Origin: an uncultured Chlamydiae bacterium
GTDB lineage: Bacteria; Chlamydiota; Chlamydiia; Chlamydiales; Parachlamydiaceae
DNA length: 64,000 nt
Reading direction: 5' to 3'
Assembly: GCA_963830365.1 (NCBI GenBank)
Contig: CAWHMU010000018.1
Coordinates: 10,986-74,985 of the forward strand
This document shows positions 7,134-16,105 of this stretch, in pieces. Made by a program: the position numbers and the translations under genes. The notes below the pieces were generated by a model that searched no databases, was not told where the DNA came from, and saw only the letters and a program-made list of their open reading frames with translations. The stretch's first letter is position 1; each line of letters opens with the position of its first letter.

Positions 7134-10115
7134 ATGAAAATAAAAATGCCTATCCATCGCATCTTCAGCCTTTCCTTAGGACTGTCGGCTATACTCTGTC
7201 ATAATCTGCTGTTCAGCCTACCCTCTGAAGGCATCCAAGCCTCCTTCAAAGGAGTCTCAACGCCCGATGTTCAAGACCAAAGCCCCCAAAGCCCCACTTC
7301 AGGCATTGCCAACATTTCAATCACACAACGCGTCCCCTTAAAATACGCCCCTCAAAACATCCAGCATTATGCACATACCAAAGATGGCAATAGCCAAGAT
7401 GCCAAGAGTCAAGTACCTGTTGCTGAAAATATTCCGTTGGTGGCAGCCAATGACACCATATTAAAACTACCCCCGGAAGAAGCCTCCAAGACCGTACTTA
7501 TCAACTTCAACAATGTCAGCATCATAGAATACATCCGCTTTGTCAGCAGGCTGTCAAATCGAAATTTCGTCTTTGATGAAAGCGATCTCCAGTTCAATGT
7601 GACCATCATCTCAGAAGAACCTGCCACCATTGACAATATCATGACGGCATTGTTGCAGGAACTGCTGATTCACGACCTCGTACTGATGGAAGATGGCAAC
7701 AATCTCATCATCCATAAAAACCCAAAAGTTAATGCCATCTCAAGAGTTGTTTCCGAAGATTTCCCAGGCTCCAGAGTCACTGATTCAGATATCATCACGC
7801 AAGTCTTCCGCCTCAATACGCTCGATCCTGAAAGAGCGGCCATGATCTTGCGACCCATGGTGTCTGAAAATGCCCTCATCGAAGCTTTGAAAAACTCAAA
7901 TCACCTCATCGTGACAGACCTTTCCGCCAATGTCGAAAAAATATCCCAACTCATCAAAAGCATAGATGCCCCCAATAGCGGCCTTGTGATCGGCCAATAC
8001 GTCAGCCAACTCACCCCTATCGACACGCTCATCACCCTTGTACAGCAAATCATGCAGCCGATCTCCCAAGATCAAACCCTGACTTTCGTTCCCCATCTAT
8101 CCACAAATAGCATCTTCATCATCTCATCCCCCTTCTTAGTCGAACGCACCATCGCCATCTTGCAATATCTGGATCAAGATCAGGGCTCCACGCGCATCTT
8201 CAATCTTAAAGACCTGAAAATGGGCAACTTCCCAGCTAGCGAAGGACAAGGCACAGAACGCAGGCAGGGACAAGGCGCACAAGGCGCAGAAGGCCAAAAC
8301 GGCCAGCCGGGCCAAGGCTTTGAACAAGGACAGGGGCAAGGCGGGGGACAAGGCCAGCAAAGAACGACCACACAAGGCATCAACGCCTCAGAGAACACCT
8401 TGCTTACGCCACACGGACAATGGCTGCTCAATCCACAAGGCAATTGGATCTTCAAACCTCTAACCTCACTACCAGGCGCTGGCCAAGCCGGCCCAAATGG
8501 AGCTGCCGGAAATGCCGGAAATGCCGGAAGTGCCGGAACTGCCGGAACTGCCGGAACTGCCGGAAGTGCCGGAACTGCCGGAAGTGCTGGAGCTGCTGGA
8601 GCTGCTGCTGGAAGCGCGGCCGAAGCTGCCGGGACTGCAGGCGGAGCCCTGACAGGCAAGTCTGCTACGACACCACCTACAGGCAAATGGAGCCGTTATA
8701 ATGAAGGCACATGGACCTTCAACCCGGGTGAAGCTGGCGGCCTCGAAGGTCCAAAAGGACGTTGGCTTCTGGACAAAGACGGCAACTGGGTATACGAGCT
8801 AAATGCCGGTGAATCGTTTACTCCCGTGCCGCTCAGCCGCCAATTCCAAGGCAGAGCGCGCCTGCCGGGCGGTGCCGAAAAGCAGAACAAGTTTTTCATC
8901 TACAGACTCCTTTTCCGCAAAGGCGATGGCATCGAGCCGGCCCTTAGACAAATCGCCGACACGATTCAGCAAAACGAAAGAGGCAATGAGGATTTAGTCT
9001 CTGCCCTGCGCAGCGTGCAGTGGATGGCAATCCCCAATAGCCTGGTTTTCAGCGGCACCCCCAAAGCCCTGGACAAAGTGCGCGTACTGGTCGACGAAAT
9101 GGATATCCCCATGCGGCAGGTATTCATCGAAATGCTGATCATGGAAACTACGCTTGAAGACGCTTTGGAATATGGCGTCAGCATCGGCTCGCGCTTCGGC
9201 GGCGGCAACACCTCCGGCTCGCAAGCTTTTTTTAGCGGTTCAACCCCCCTTTTAGGCGCTCTTAGTTCAACCGGGCTGTCAGGACTTGGCCAAGCCTTGG
9301 GTACGCAGCAGGTACTGGTACCAAATGCCACCAACATCGCCACAACCTCGGGCTTCAATCTGGGCGTCATCGGCCAGAAAATCACCCACTGCGGCATGGA
9401 ATTTGGATCACTAGGCGCCGTCGTCAAAGCCCTGCATGACCGCACCAAAGATGAAGTCATCTCAAATCCCAAGCTGCTGGTTGAAGACAACTCTCCGGCC
9501 GAAATATTTGTCGGCATAAACACCCCCTACCGCACCCAATCTATCTCCAACGACTTCGGCACGGTCATCACCAGCAACTTTGAATACCGCGATGTGGGCA
9601 CGCGCCTAAAAATCACCCCCTATCTCGGCAATGGCGACATCATCGCCCTCGACCTTGAAGAGGAAGTCAGCACCATCATCGCCGGCCTGATCACAAATGC
9701 AACCAGCGCCAGTACAAGTCCAGGTCCTACCACACGCATAAATAGAACGACGACCCGCGTACACATCCCAGACACCTACTTCCTGATCATCAGCGGCATG
9801 ATGCAAGATGAGGAATCGCGCGAGCGCAACCAGATCCCCTGCCTTGGAGGCGTGCCTCTGCTCGGCGCTGCCGTCAGTGACAAAATCAATCACAGCGCTA
9901 AGCGCAACCTGATGATTTTCATCCGCCCCAAGATTATCGATACCGAAGATGAGATCCAATGCGTCACCAAACACAACCAGGATATTTACGACTATAAAAA
10001 CTGCCTGCAAAACATGGATGAATATGAAGTCATCGAAGCGCTTGATCTCTTCAATATCAAAAAGACACTACATCCTGAAGATATCTACGATTGTGAATGC
10101 GATCCCGAATATTGA
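7134..10115 (+). CDS. sctC: Type III secretion outer-membrane secretin SctC (CdsC)
   Basis: Signal peptide, secretin N-domains (INFNNVSIIEYIRFVS), QVFIEMLI, YRDVGTRLKITP, IPCLGGVPLLG and NLMIFIRPKII. Syntenic with sctQ-pkn5. Confidence 0.92.
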   Translation: MKIKMPIHRIFSLSLGLSAILCHNLLFSLPSEGIQASFKGVSTPDVQDQSPQSPTSGIANISITQRVPLKYAPQNIQHYAHTKDGNSQDAKSQVPVAENIPLVAANDTILKLPPEEASKTVLINFNNVSIIEYIRFVSRLSNRNFVFDESDLQFNVTIISEEPATIDNIMTALLQELLIHDLVLMEDGNNLIIHKNPKVNAISRVVSEDFPGSRVTDSDIITQVFRLNTLDPERAAMILRPMVSENALIEALKNSNHLIVTDLSANVEKISQLIKSIDAPNSGLVIGQYVSQLTPIDTLITLVQQIMQPISQDQTLTFVPHLSTNSIFIISSPFLVERTIAILQYLDQDQGSTRIFNLKDLKMGNFPASEGQGTERRQGQGAQGAEGQNGQPGQGFEQGQGQGGGQGQQRTTTQGINASENTLLTPHGQWLLNPQGNWIFKPLTSLPGAGQAGPNGAAGNAGNAGSAGTAGTAGTAGSAGTAGSAGAAGAAAGSAAEAAGTAGGALTGKSATTPPTGKWSRYNEGTWTFNPGEAGGLEGPKGRWLLDKDGNWVYELNAGESFTPVPLSRQFQGRARLPGGAEKQNKFFIYRLLFRKGDGIEPALRQIADTIQQNERGNEDLVSALRSVQWMAIPNSLVFSGTPKALDKVRVLVDEMDIPMRQVFIEMLIMETTLEDALEYGVSIGSRFGGGNTSGSQAFFSGSTPLLGALSSTGLSGLGQALGTQQVLVPNATNIATTSGFNLGVIGQKITHCGMEFGSLGAVVKALHDRTKDEVISNPKLLVEDNSPAEIFVGINTPYRTQSISNDFGTVITSNFEYRDVGTRLKITPYLGNGDIIALDLEEEVSTIIAGLITNATSASTSPGPTTRINRTTTRVHIPDTYFLIISGMMQDEESRERNQIPCLGGVPLLGAAVSDKINHSAKRNLMIFIRPKIIDTEDEIQCVTKHNQDIYDYKNCLQNMDEYEVIEALDLFNIKKTLHPEDIYDCECDPEY
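8505..8603 (+). repeat. In-frame 9-bp tandem repeat, 11 units, encoding (AGx)n inside sctC
   Basis: GCCGGAAAT x2, then GCCGGAAGT/GCCGGAACT x7, then GCTGGAGCT x2. Confidence 0.9.
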
Positions 10116-10143
10116 AAGTTCGATTATCGACAGGCAGAAAATA

Positions 10144-11133
10144 ATGCATCGTAAAGGCCATAACTCGGCATGGATAATCCTGCCCGGCAAGCTTTTGCTC
10201 GTATTGGCTGTGATTAGCCTTGTGTGTAGCGGCTGCCAACCCACTAACTGCGCCTTTGAACCCGATATCAGCTATTGCCCGCCACCGCGGCTGATCGAGA
10301 AGCTGCCTTCACCCTTTGCTGAACTATCGCAAGTCGAACGCGCCCAAGATTGGGGCCGGGAGCTGCATCTCGGCCGTATGTTCGCCCGCCAAATGGACCT
10401 CTACCGCGCCATCACCTGCTTTAAAAGAGCCCTATTCCTCATCCCCGCCAACAATTGCGATCGCCGCTTTGAAATTGAATATGAAATCTTTTTGGCCTAC
10501 TACCTTGGGAACAAATATCAAGAGGCCGTCGACGCCTTTGAAACCAGCCGCCTGATGCGGATTCCTGAGGATTTCCCGGCACTGAAAGAGCTGTTAATCA
10601 CCCTCTATGATGCCTATATCAAGGTAGACCAGCTTGACAAAGCCTGCCGCATCCTCAATCATATGGATACCCTTGATAAAGCCCTGGCCGACAATATAAG
10701 CTTGGAAACGGCCATCACCCACGCCGATTTACCGTCCATCGCCCCGGCGGCCGAAAACACACCCGCCGCCGACAGCATCAACGAATTCCTTTGCACCTAT
10801 GCATCGCAAGCCAAATCCATCAACAAAGCCAGATTCCTAAATGCCGTCCTGCCGGGAGCCGGTTACTACTATGTAGGCCAAAAAAAAACCGCTCTGACTT
10901 CCTTCATCATCAATGCCCTGTTCATCGCAGCTTCCTACCAGCTCTATGACCGCGGCTATATCCCAGCTGCCATCATCCTTACCAGTCTGGAAACAGGGTG
11001 GTATTTCGGAGGTATCAATGGCGCCGGCCTGGCAGCTAATGAATACAACCGCTGCATTTATGAGGGGCTCGGCCGAGAGGTCCTAATGCAAAATCGACTA
11101 TTTCCCGTCCTCATGATCCAAAAAGGCTTTTAA
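10144..11133 (+). CDS. TPR-like lipoprotein/membrane protein
   Basis: Lipobox-like VLAVISLVCSGC, TPR-like DLYRAITCFKRALF, C-terminal LNAVLPGAGYYYVG plus hydrophobic helices. Start moved to ATG 10144 to avoid overlapping sctC. Confidence 0.7.
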   Translation: MHRKGHNSAWIILPGKLLLVLAVISLVCSGCQPTNCAFEPDISYCPPPRLIEKLPSPFAELSQVERAQDWGRELHLGRMFARQMDLYRAITCFKRALFLIPANNCDRRFEIEYEIFLAYYLGNKYQEAVDAFETSRLMRIPEDFPALKELLITLYDAYIKVDQLDKACRILNHMDTLDKALADNISLETAITHADLPSIAPAAENTPAADSINEFLCTYASQAKSINKARFLNAVLPGAGYYYVGQKKTALTSFIINALFIAASYQLYDRGYIPAAIILTSLETGWYFGGINGAGLAANEYNRCIYEGLGREVLMQNRLFPVLMIQKGF

Positions 11134-11136
11134 ATC

Positions 11137-11550
11137 ATGCGCTTGCCATTATCTTATCGATGGGCATACCTGTTGCTGCTGCTTGCCACGCTACAAAACA
11201 GCCTGGACGCAGCTCCCTGGCAGGAGCCATGGGGCAAAGACGCGGCTCTCGCCTGTCAAGGCAGCTCTAAAAAAAACTCTACCGAAGCCTGCCAAACCCC
11301 CATCTTCGGCGCCTTTGCCGAAACCATGATTCGCTTCCACCAAGATGTCGTCTCCCCGGCCGACGGCCCGCGCAGCCACTTCATTCCAAGTAGCTCCCAA
11401 TATACGCTAAATGCCATGCGTAAATATGGCTTTTGCCAGGGTGTCGCCATGGGCTGCGACCGGCTGATGCGCGAAAATGAGGATCACTGGGTATATCGTT
11501 GGACGCGTGACGGCGGCGGCAAGCTGATCAAATACGATCCCGTGCCCTAA
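11137..11550 (+). CDS. yidD: Membrane protein insertion efficiency factor YidD-like (haemolytic domain)
   Basis: IRFHQDVVSPADGPRSHFIPSSSQYTLNAMRKYG...DRLMR...YDPVP follows the YidD pattern. Confidence 0.7.
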   Translation: MRLPLSYRWAYLLLLLATLQNSLDAAPWQEPWGKDAALACQGSSKKNSTEACQTPIFGAFAETMIRFHQDVVSPADGPRSHFIPSSSQYTLNAMRKYGFCQGVAMGCDRLMRENEDHWVYRWTRDGGGKLIKYDPVP

Positions 11551-11633
11551 CCGGTCTTTAACGCGAATTTTGGATAAGGCGGCGGGAAAATTAAACCCTG
11601 CCTATCTGTTCAAGTTGATGCCCCAAATCTAGT

Positions 11634-11787
11634 AGTTCCTTGCATCGTCGCGTATCCTCTGCGTCTCTGCGTTGAATTTTCTAGAAAGTAGCACTGTAGG
11701 AAAATTTGAATCATGGCACCTATTCAATGGCCTGTGAATCCGATGCCAACGCAGAGACGTAGAGGTGACGCGACGACGCAAGGAACT
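11634..11787. repeat. Long inverted repeat between convergent genes (CTCTGCGT 8-mer type)
   Basis: AGTTCCTTGCATCGTCGCGTATCCTCTGCGTCTCTGCGTTG...CAACGCAGAGACGTAGAGGTGACGCGACGACGCAAGGAACT. Confidence 0.8.
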
Positions 11788-11873
11788 GCCGGGTTTTAGG
11801 CTCAAGCTGGATACTTATGAATGAAAAATATAAAATGTTTTTTATTTTGACGACATGGGGTGCGCACCTGTGG

Positions 11874-12869
11874 CTACATGCTTCCGCCGTATTCATGGCT
11901 TTGTGAGACATGTGGAATTTTGCCCATATCGCTCTTATATACATAAGGCGGCATGTAGAAGTAATCGAGATCAATGATCGCCACCAGCCGGCCTTTCAAA
12001 TGGTCTGCCAGGCCTGGATGGTGTTTTTCCAGCCATGCACGCAGCCTATACGTCTTGTCATAAATCTGCCCTTTGTACATGACAGGATCTTTTACAAGGT
12101 CGTTGTAAATAAATTGTCCTACATCGATATGGATGGGGAAACCATCCAGCACCCCCGTGTTCTGCATCAAGGCGTGATCGTTGTCGGCAAAACCCCGCTC
12201 GTATTCTGACAACAGCATCACCAACAACCTATCGATGAGCTGTTCGGCCTGCTTTTCCTGGGCTTGAGCCATCATTTTGTCAATCGTTGGACAAAACATC
12301 TCAGCCCGGTGCTGCAACAGAAATTCCATGCCTTCAAGATTTAGTTCATGCTTTAGCCCCAGCTTGTCGCGGATGACAAGAGCGTTCTTTTCTGCATTGG
12401 TTTTATTCAGATGCACATAGATGACGCCGGTTTCCGGCTGCAGATTTTCGTAGGCGATTTTCCAGCTCTGAAATACATTGTTAAGCTTATCCTGCTTTTG
12501 GAAGGCTTTGTCATGCTGGTAGTGCTCCACCGCCGGAATAAACGTAAAAAGATTCAGCCATGACTGCGGACGGAAACGCTGATATTTGAAGAATTTCAAT
12601 ACATACTTGCCGTCAAGGCTGCCGAAGACATATGACTGACACCCTTTGCCAAGGTAGAGATATTCTTGATTTAAAGCCTGATCAATTTTCTCTCTCTCAT
12701 CGACGGCTAAGGGATGGGTGTCCCATTTAGCATTATACGCCAAGTCAGAGGTGATGTTGCTGACCGTAAATCCTGCCGTAAAGGCATAATAGAGTCGTCC
12801 AACCCCGTACAAGCCGCCAACCAACATGAGTAAAAGAAAGATTTTTTTTATCGATGTATTGATTCTCAT
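11874..12869 (-). CDS. Membrane-anchored atypical protein-kinase-like protein
   Basis: N-terminal hydrophobic helix. YLGKGCQSYVF...YVLKFF (Gly loop and beta3 Lys), DNDHALMQN (catalytic-loop-like), HIDVG (DFG-like). Confidence 0.6.
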   Translation of the reverse strand: MRINTSIKKIFLLLMLVGGLYGVGRLYYAFTAGFTVSNITSDLAYNAKWDTHPLAVDEREKIDQALNQEYLYLGKGCQSYVFGSLDGKYVLKFFKYQRFRPQSWLNLFTFIPAVEHYQHDKAFQKQDKLNNVFQSWKIAYENLQPETGVIYVHLNKTNAEKNALVIRDKLGLKHELNLEGMEFLLQHRAEMFCPTIDKMMAQAQEKQAEQLIDRLLVMLLSEYERGFADNDHALMQNTGVLDGFPIHIDVGQFIYNDLVKDPVMYKGQIYDKTYRLRAWLEKHHPGLADHLKGRLVAIIDLDYFYMPPYVYKSDMGKIPHVSQSHEYGGSM

Positions 12870-12889
12870 ATACCTATGCCGACTAATGC

Positions 12890-13810
12890 CTATGCTGTGA
12901 AAGAAGCTTGCGGCGGTGAAAATGCCGGACTATCCACGGCCACGCCCATGGCATTCAGGCCGTTGTCAACATAGATCGTGGCACCCGTAATGGCCGACGC
13001 TAGCGGACTGCAAAGAAAGGCTGCCGTATTGCCGACTTCTATGGCTTCCAGATTTTTGACCAGCGGCGCATTGGCATAGGCATAGTCAAGCATCTTATCG
13101 ATGAAGCCGATGGCTTTAGCTGCCCGGCTGCGCAAGCCGCCGGCAGAAATGGTATTGATGCGCAGGTGCCATTTGCGCCCAGCTTCCCATGCCAAGGTGC
13201 GCGTATCGCTTTCAAGGGCGGCTTTAGCAGAACTCATTCCCCCGCCGTAGCCCGGTACGGCCTTTTCCGAAGCCATGAATGTCAACGAAATCGCCGCGCC
13301 CCCCTGATTCATGATGGGACCGAAATGCTGCAGCAGGCCGATATAGGAATATGCCGAAGCGCTGATGGCCGCCAGATACCCTTTGCGGGATGTTTCGAGC
13401 AGCGGTTTTTGCACTTCAGGGCCGTTGGCCAGCGAATGCACCAGGATATCGATGCTTTGGTAGTCTTCAGCCACAAGCGCGGCAACTTCCTTGATGGTAT
13501 AACCCTTGGCCTCTTTGTAGCGCTTGTTTTCGCTGATCTCCGCCGGCACATCTTCCGGCACATCGAAGGCGGCATCGAGGGCGTAGATTTTGGCGATCTG
13601 CATCAGGGAACCGTCGGCCAACAAACGCGATTCATCAAACTTACCGTTCTCCAAGGCCGTCGTAAAGATCTTCATCATCGGCGTCCAGGTGCCGATAAGA
13701 ATCGTTGCCCCGGCTTCAGCCAATGCTTTGGCAATCGCCCAGCCATAGCCCTGGTCATCGCCAACCCCGGCGATAAATGCTTTCTTTCCTTTTAAATCGA
13801 TGCGCAGCAT
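12890..13810 (-). CDS. fabI: Enoyl-ACP reductase (plant/chlamydial type)
   Basis: [39 protein letters not shown] and [10 protein letters not shown]. Confidence 0.96.
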   Translation of the reverse strand: MLRIDLKGKKAFIAGVGDDQGYGWAIAKALAEAGATILIGTWTPMMKIFTTALENGKFDESRLLADGSLMQIAKIYALDAAFDVPEDVPAEISENKRYKEAKGYTIKEVAALVAEDYQSIDILVHSLANGPEVQKPLLETSRKGYLAAISASAYSYIGLLQHFGPIMNQGGAAISLTFMASEKAVPGYGGGMSSAKAALESDTRTLAWEAGRKWHLRINTISAGGLRSRAAKAIGFIDKMLDYAYANAPLVKNLEAIEVGNTAAFLCSPLASAITGATIYVDNGLNAMGVAVDSPAFSPPQASFTA

Positions 13811-14019
13811 AAGTTAATCCTACGTTAGGTCTTTACTTTCAATGTGATTAGTTTAATGCAGTCCCGAATTAGAAGCAAATGTACTTTTACCGGCATATCA
13901 GCATCTAGTTAAAATTTCCCATCTAGACTTTGCCAAAGCTCCCGTGGTTGAACGATCGAAAATGACCCCATTTTATATAATATGGTTCTTGTGAAGAATT
14001 GGAGACTACGGAGCAGGGA

Positions 14020-14217
14020 CTTTTCATCAAAAAGATTTAACCAGTAATTGACGGCATTTTCATAAGGTAAGGAGGAAAATAACAGGATTTTAGGATGGTC
14101 AGGATAAAAAAACACGATATAGTCGATTGACCTCAAAACCTAAGTTTCTCTTTATCCTGACCATCCTAAAATCCTGTTATTTATTTTGCCTGCCTACCAA
14201 ATCTTTTTGATGAAAAG
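14020..14217. repeat. Nested palindromic element (outer 19-bp arms, inner 32-bp arms)
   Basis: Outer CTTTTCATCAAAAAGATTT / AAATCTTTTTGATGAAAAG. Inner AAATAACAGGATTTTAGGATGGTCAGGATAAA (14077) with a perfect reverse complement at 14151-14182. Related arms at about 34476-34603 and 39271-39295. Confidence 0.8.
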
Positions 14218-14411
14218 CCGTTTAGTTACGGTGTGAAAATTCCATGAAAATTGTAACATAAAAAATAGAGATGGCATAAGAAGCCTAACCCCAACTACAA
14301 GGAAGATCTTATGACCATTTCTAAAATCATTGTGGGGTCGCTTGCGATCGTTAAACCAGGGGTACTTTCGCGTGGCCGAAATATAACAAACCTAAGTGCG
14401 CGTTGTATAAA

Positions 14412-14479
14412 CCTAGAAACGGCAGTTGTTCATGGAAAATCTGCCCAATCTTTTTACATGCTCAATTGCCGTTTCTAGG
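14412..14479. repeat. Short inverted-repeat element of the CCTAGAAACGGCAGTTG family
   Basis: CCTAGAAACGGCAGTTG...CAATTGCCGTTTCTAGG. Related copy at 39328-39374 and a single arm near 49190. Confidence 0.7.
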
Positions 14480-14517
14480 ATAAAGCCTGTGCATCACATG
14501 ATGTGGGAGTAGCTACC

Positions 14518-15162
14518 TTAGGCGGCTGGTATGCCATCTTGCATTAAGTTAGTGCGCTCCTCCGGCGTGATATCCACCTTTTGCCCTTGACGTGCCTGAG
14601 TGGCTTTTTGGCTAAGAAAATCAAAGCAGCTGCCCGCATTGGAAGTATTATAGGCCGCCGATTTATCTGCTGAAAAACCCATATTTTTGGCTATCTCTAT
14701 GGTATCAAGTGAAGCTCCCATGAACATAAAGTCCCATCCCAAGGCTTCATTTTTCTTGATCATTTCCTTGATCTGCTCCAATTTAAATTCCGTACTGGCA
14801 TTCTCGTAACCATCGGTAATTATGGCCACCACGACTCTCTTCGGTCTATCGGCCAAAGGCATGCCATCCAATTTCTTCTGCAAGGCAATCGTTGTACGGC
14901 CAATGGCATCCAGCAGCGCCGTCGAACCCCTAGGGCTATACGCATTGGCGAATTTTTCGGCATCAACGTCTTTGATGTCCTTAAAATCATAAACTACTTC
15001 ATATTGGTGGTCAAATTGCGCCACTGTCAAAGAGGCTCGGCCATTGTGCTTCTGCTGATCGCCAATAAACTGCTTCACGCTTCCCCTGACATCGGATGCA
15101 ATGCTGTGCATTGAACCTGAACGGTCCACAATCAACGCAAGTGCGGCATAATCTGTATTCAT
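14518..15162 (-). CDS. von Willebrand factor A (VWA) domain protein
   Basis: MIDAS motifs DRSGSM, GSTALLDAIG and IITDGYEN. Confidence 0.88.
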   Translation of the reverse strand: MNTDYAALALIVDRSGSMHSIASDVRGSVKQFIGDQQKHNGRASLTVAQFDHQYEVVYDFKDIKDVDAEKFANAYSPRGSTALLDAIGRTTIALQKKLDGMPLADRPKRVVVAIITDGYENASTEFKLEQIKEMIKKNEALGWDFMFMGASLDTIEIAKNMGFSADKSAAYNTSNAGSCFDFLSQKATQARQGQKVDITPEERTNLMQDGIPAA

Positions 15163-15241
15163 AAAGACTCCTTAAGTTATATTTTTATAAATGAACGCCA
15201 CTATGATTATATGCATCCATATTAAGAAAAGATTAAGGAAT

Positions 15242-16105
15242 CTAAATTTGCGAGCTACGCTTTTTGTACCACGCCAGGGCCCCTTCGGCGCGCCCTTCGC
15301 GCACGGCTTGCATCAGGCTGCGTTCGAGGATATCGGGCGATGAAATCGTCAGCTGGGCATAGCTCGGATCGCGCCACAGCGGCAGCTTGGCGCCACCCAC
15401 ATTTATGCAGGGCTCAATTTCCATGGTTACCTCGCATGCCAGTTCAAGTCCGCCCAATGACGCCACCTGGGCGGCAAAAGATGAGCATTGGCTGCCGGTG
15501 ATGGCATATTCGCTGTAGCGGTAGCTTTTGATGAATGCCATCATCCTGTCAAACTGCTCCCGGCTTAAATCGATTTTGGCCGCGAAGGTGGGAAAGTGGC
15601 GGCCGGCCCCGCATTGAAAGAAGCCGTCATGCTGTGTTTCCCAAAGATATTTTACGGGATTTGGTTCCAGGCTTGGGTTTTGGCATTGCTGCTGCGATGG
15701 GTTGGCAGCGCCATATTCGATATTATTCATGATGCCATCGAAATATCTGGCCTGCACAAGCCCAAGCTCGCCGGAATGTCCGCCTTCAAGAAAAACAGAT
15801 TGTCCATCAATAATGCCTTGTAAATAGATCCAGGCGTGCCCGACATCGCGATTCTTGCTGCCGTCGCTGGGGTGTTTGGCCACGGTCTTTAAAAATGAGG
15901 CATTATCGGTATAATCCAAATGGCGCGCTTCGACGAGTACGACAAGAAAGTACTGGCTTTCACAGAGGGGATCGGTGGCGGCCGGCGGCACATCGAGATG
16001 GGCATACAGGGCTTTATAGGCGCATGAACGCGGCACCGCGCAGCCTGCCAGCAGCCCTAAAACCAGTGTGAGGATACAGGCAGCTCTCACTCTGCTATGC
16101 TTCAT
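15242..16105 (-). CDS. Putative lipoprotein with a permuted papain-like (His...Cys) motif
   Basis: Signal and lipobox MKHSRVRAACILTLVLGLLAGC. VGHAWIYL precedes YAITGSQCSSFA. Confidence 0.6.
   Translation of the reverse strand: MKHSRVRAACILTLVLGLLAGCAVPRSCAYKALYAHLDVPPAATDPLCESQYFLVVLVEARHLDYTDNASFLKTVAKHPSDGSKNRDVGHAWIYLQGIIDGQSVFLEGGHSGELGLVQARYFDGIMNNIEYGAANPSQQQCQNPSLEPNPVKYLWETQHDGFFQCGAGRHFPTFAAKIDLSREQFDRMMAFIKSYRYSEYAITGSQCSSFAAQVASLGGLELACEVTMEIEPCINVGGAKLPLWRDPSYAQLTISSPDILERSLMQAVREGRAEGALAWYKKRSSQI

Noticed and set aside
8420..8701. Cys-rich ORF (CRKCRKCRN...) resembling a metallothionein
   Set aside because: It is an alternative frame of the 9-bp tandem repeat inside sctC.
14260..14410. 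Possible transposase 5' remnant (RBS-like AAGGAAG then MTISKIIV...)
   Set aside because: Only about 30 codons with no recognisable transposase motif, so it cannot be supported without a search.
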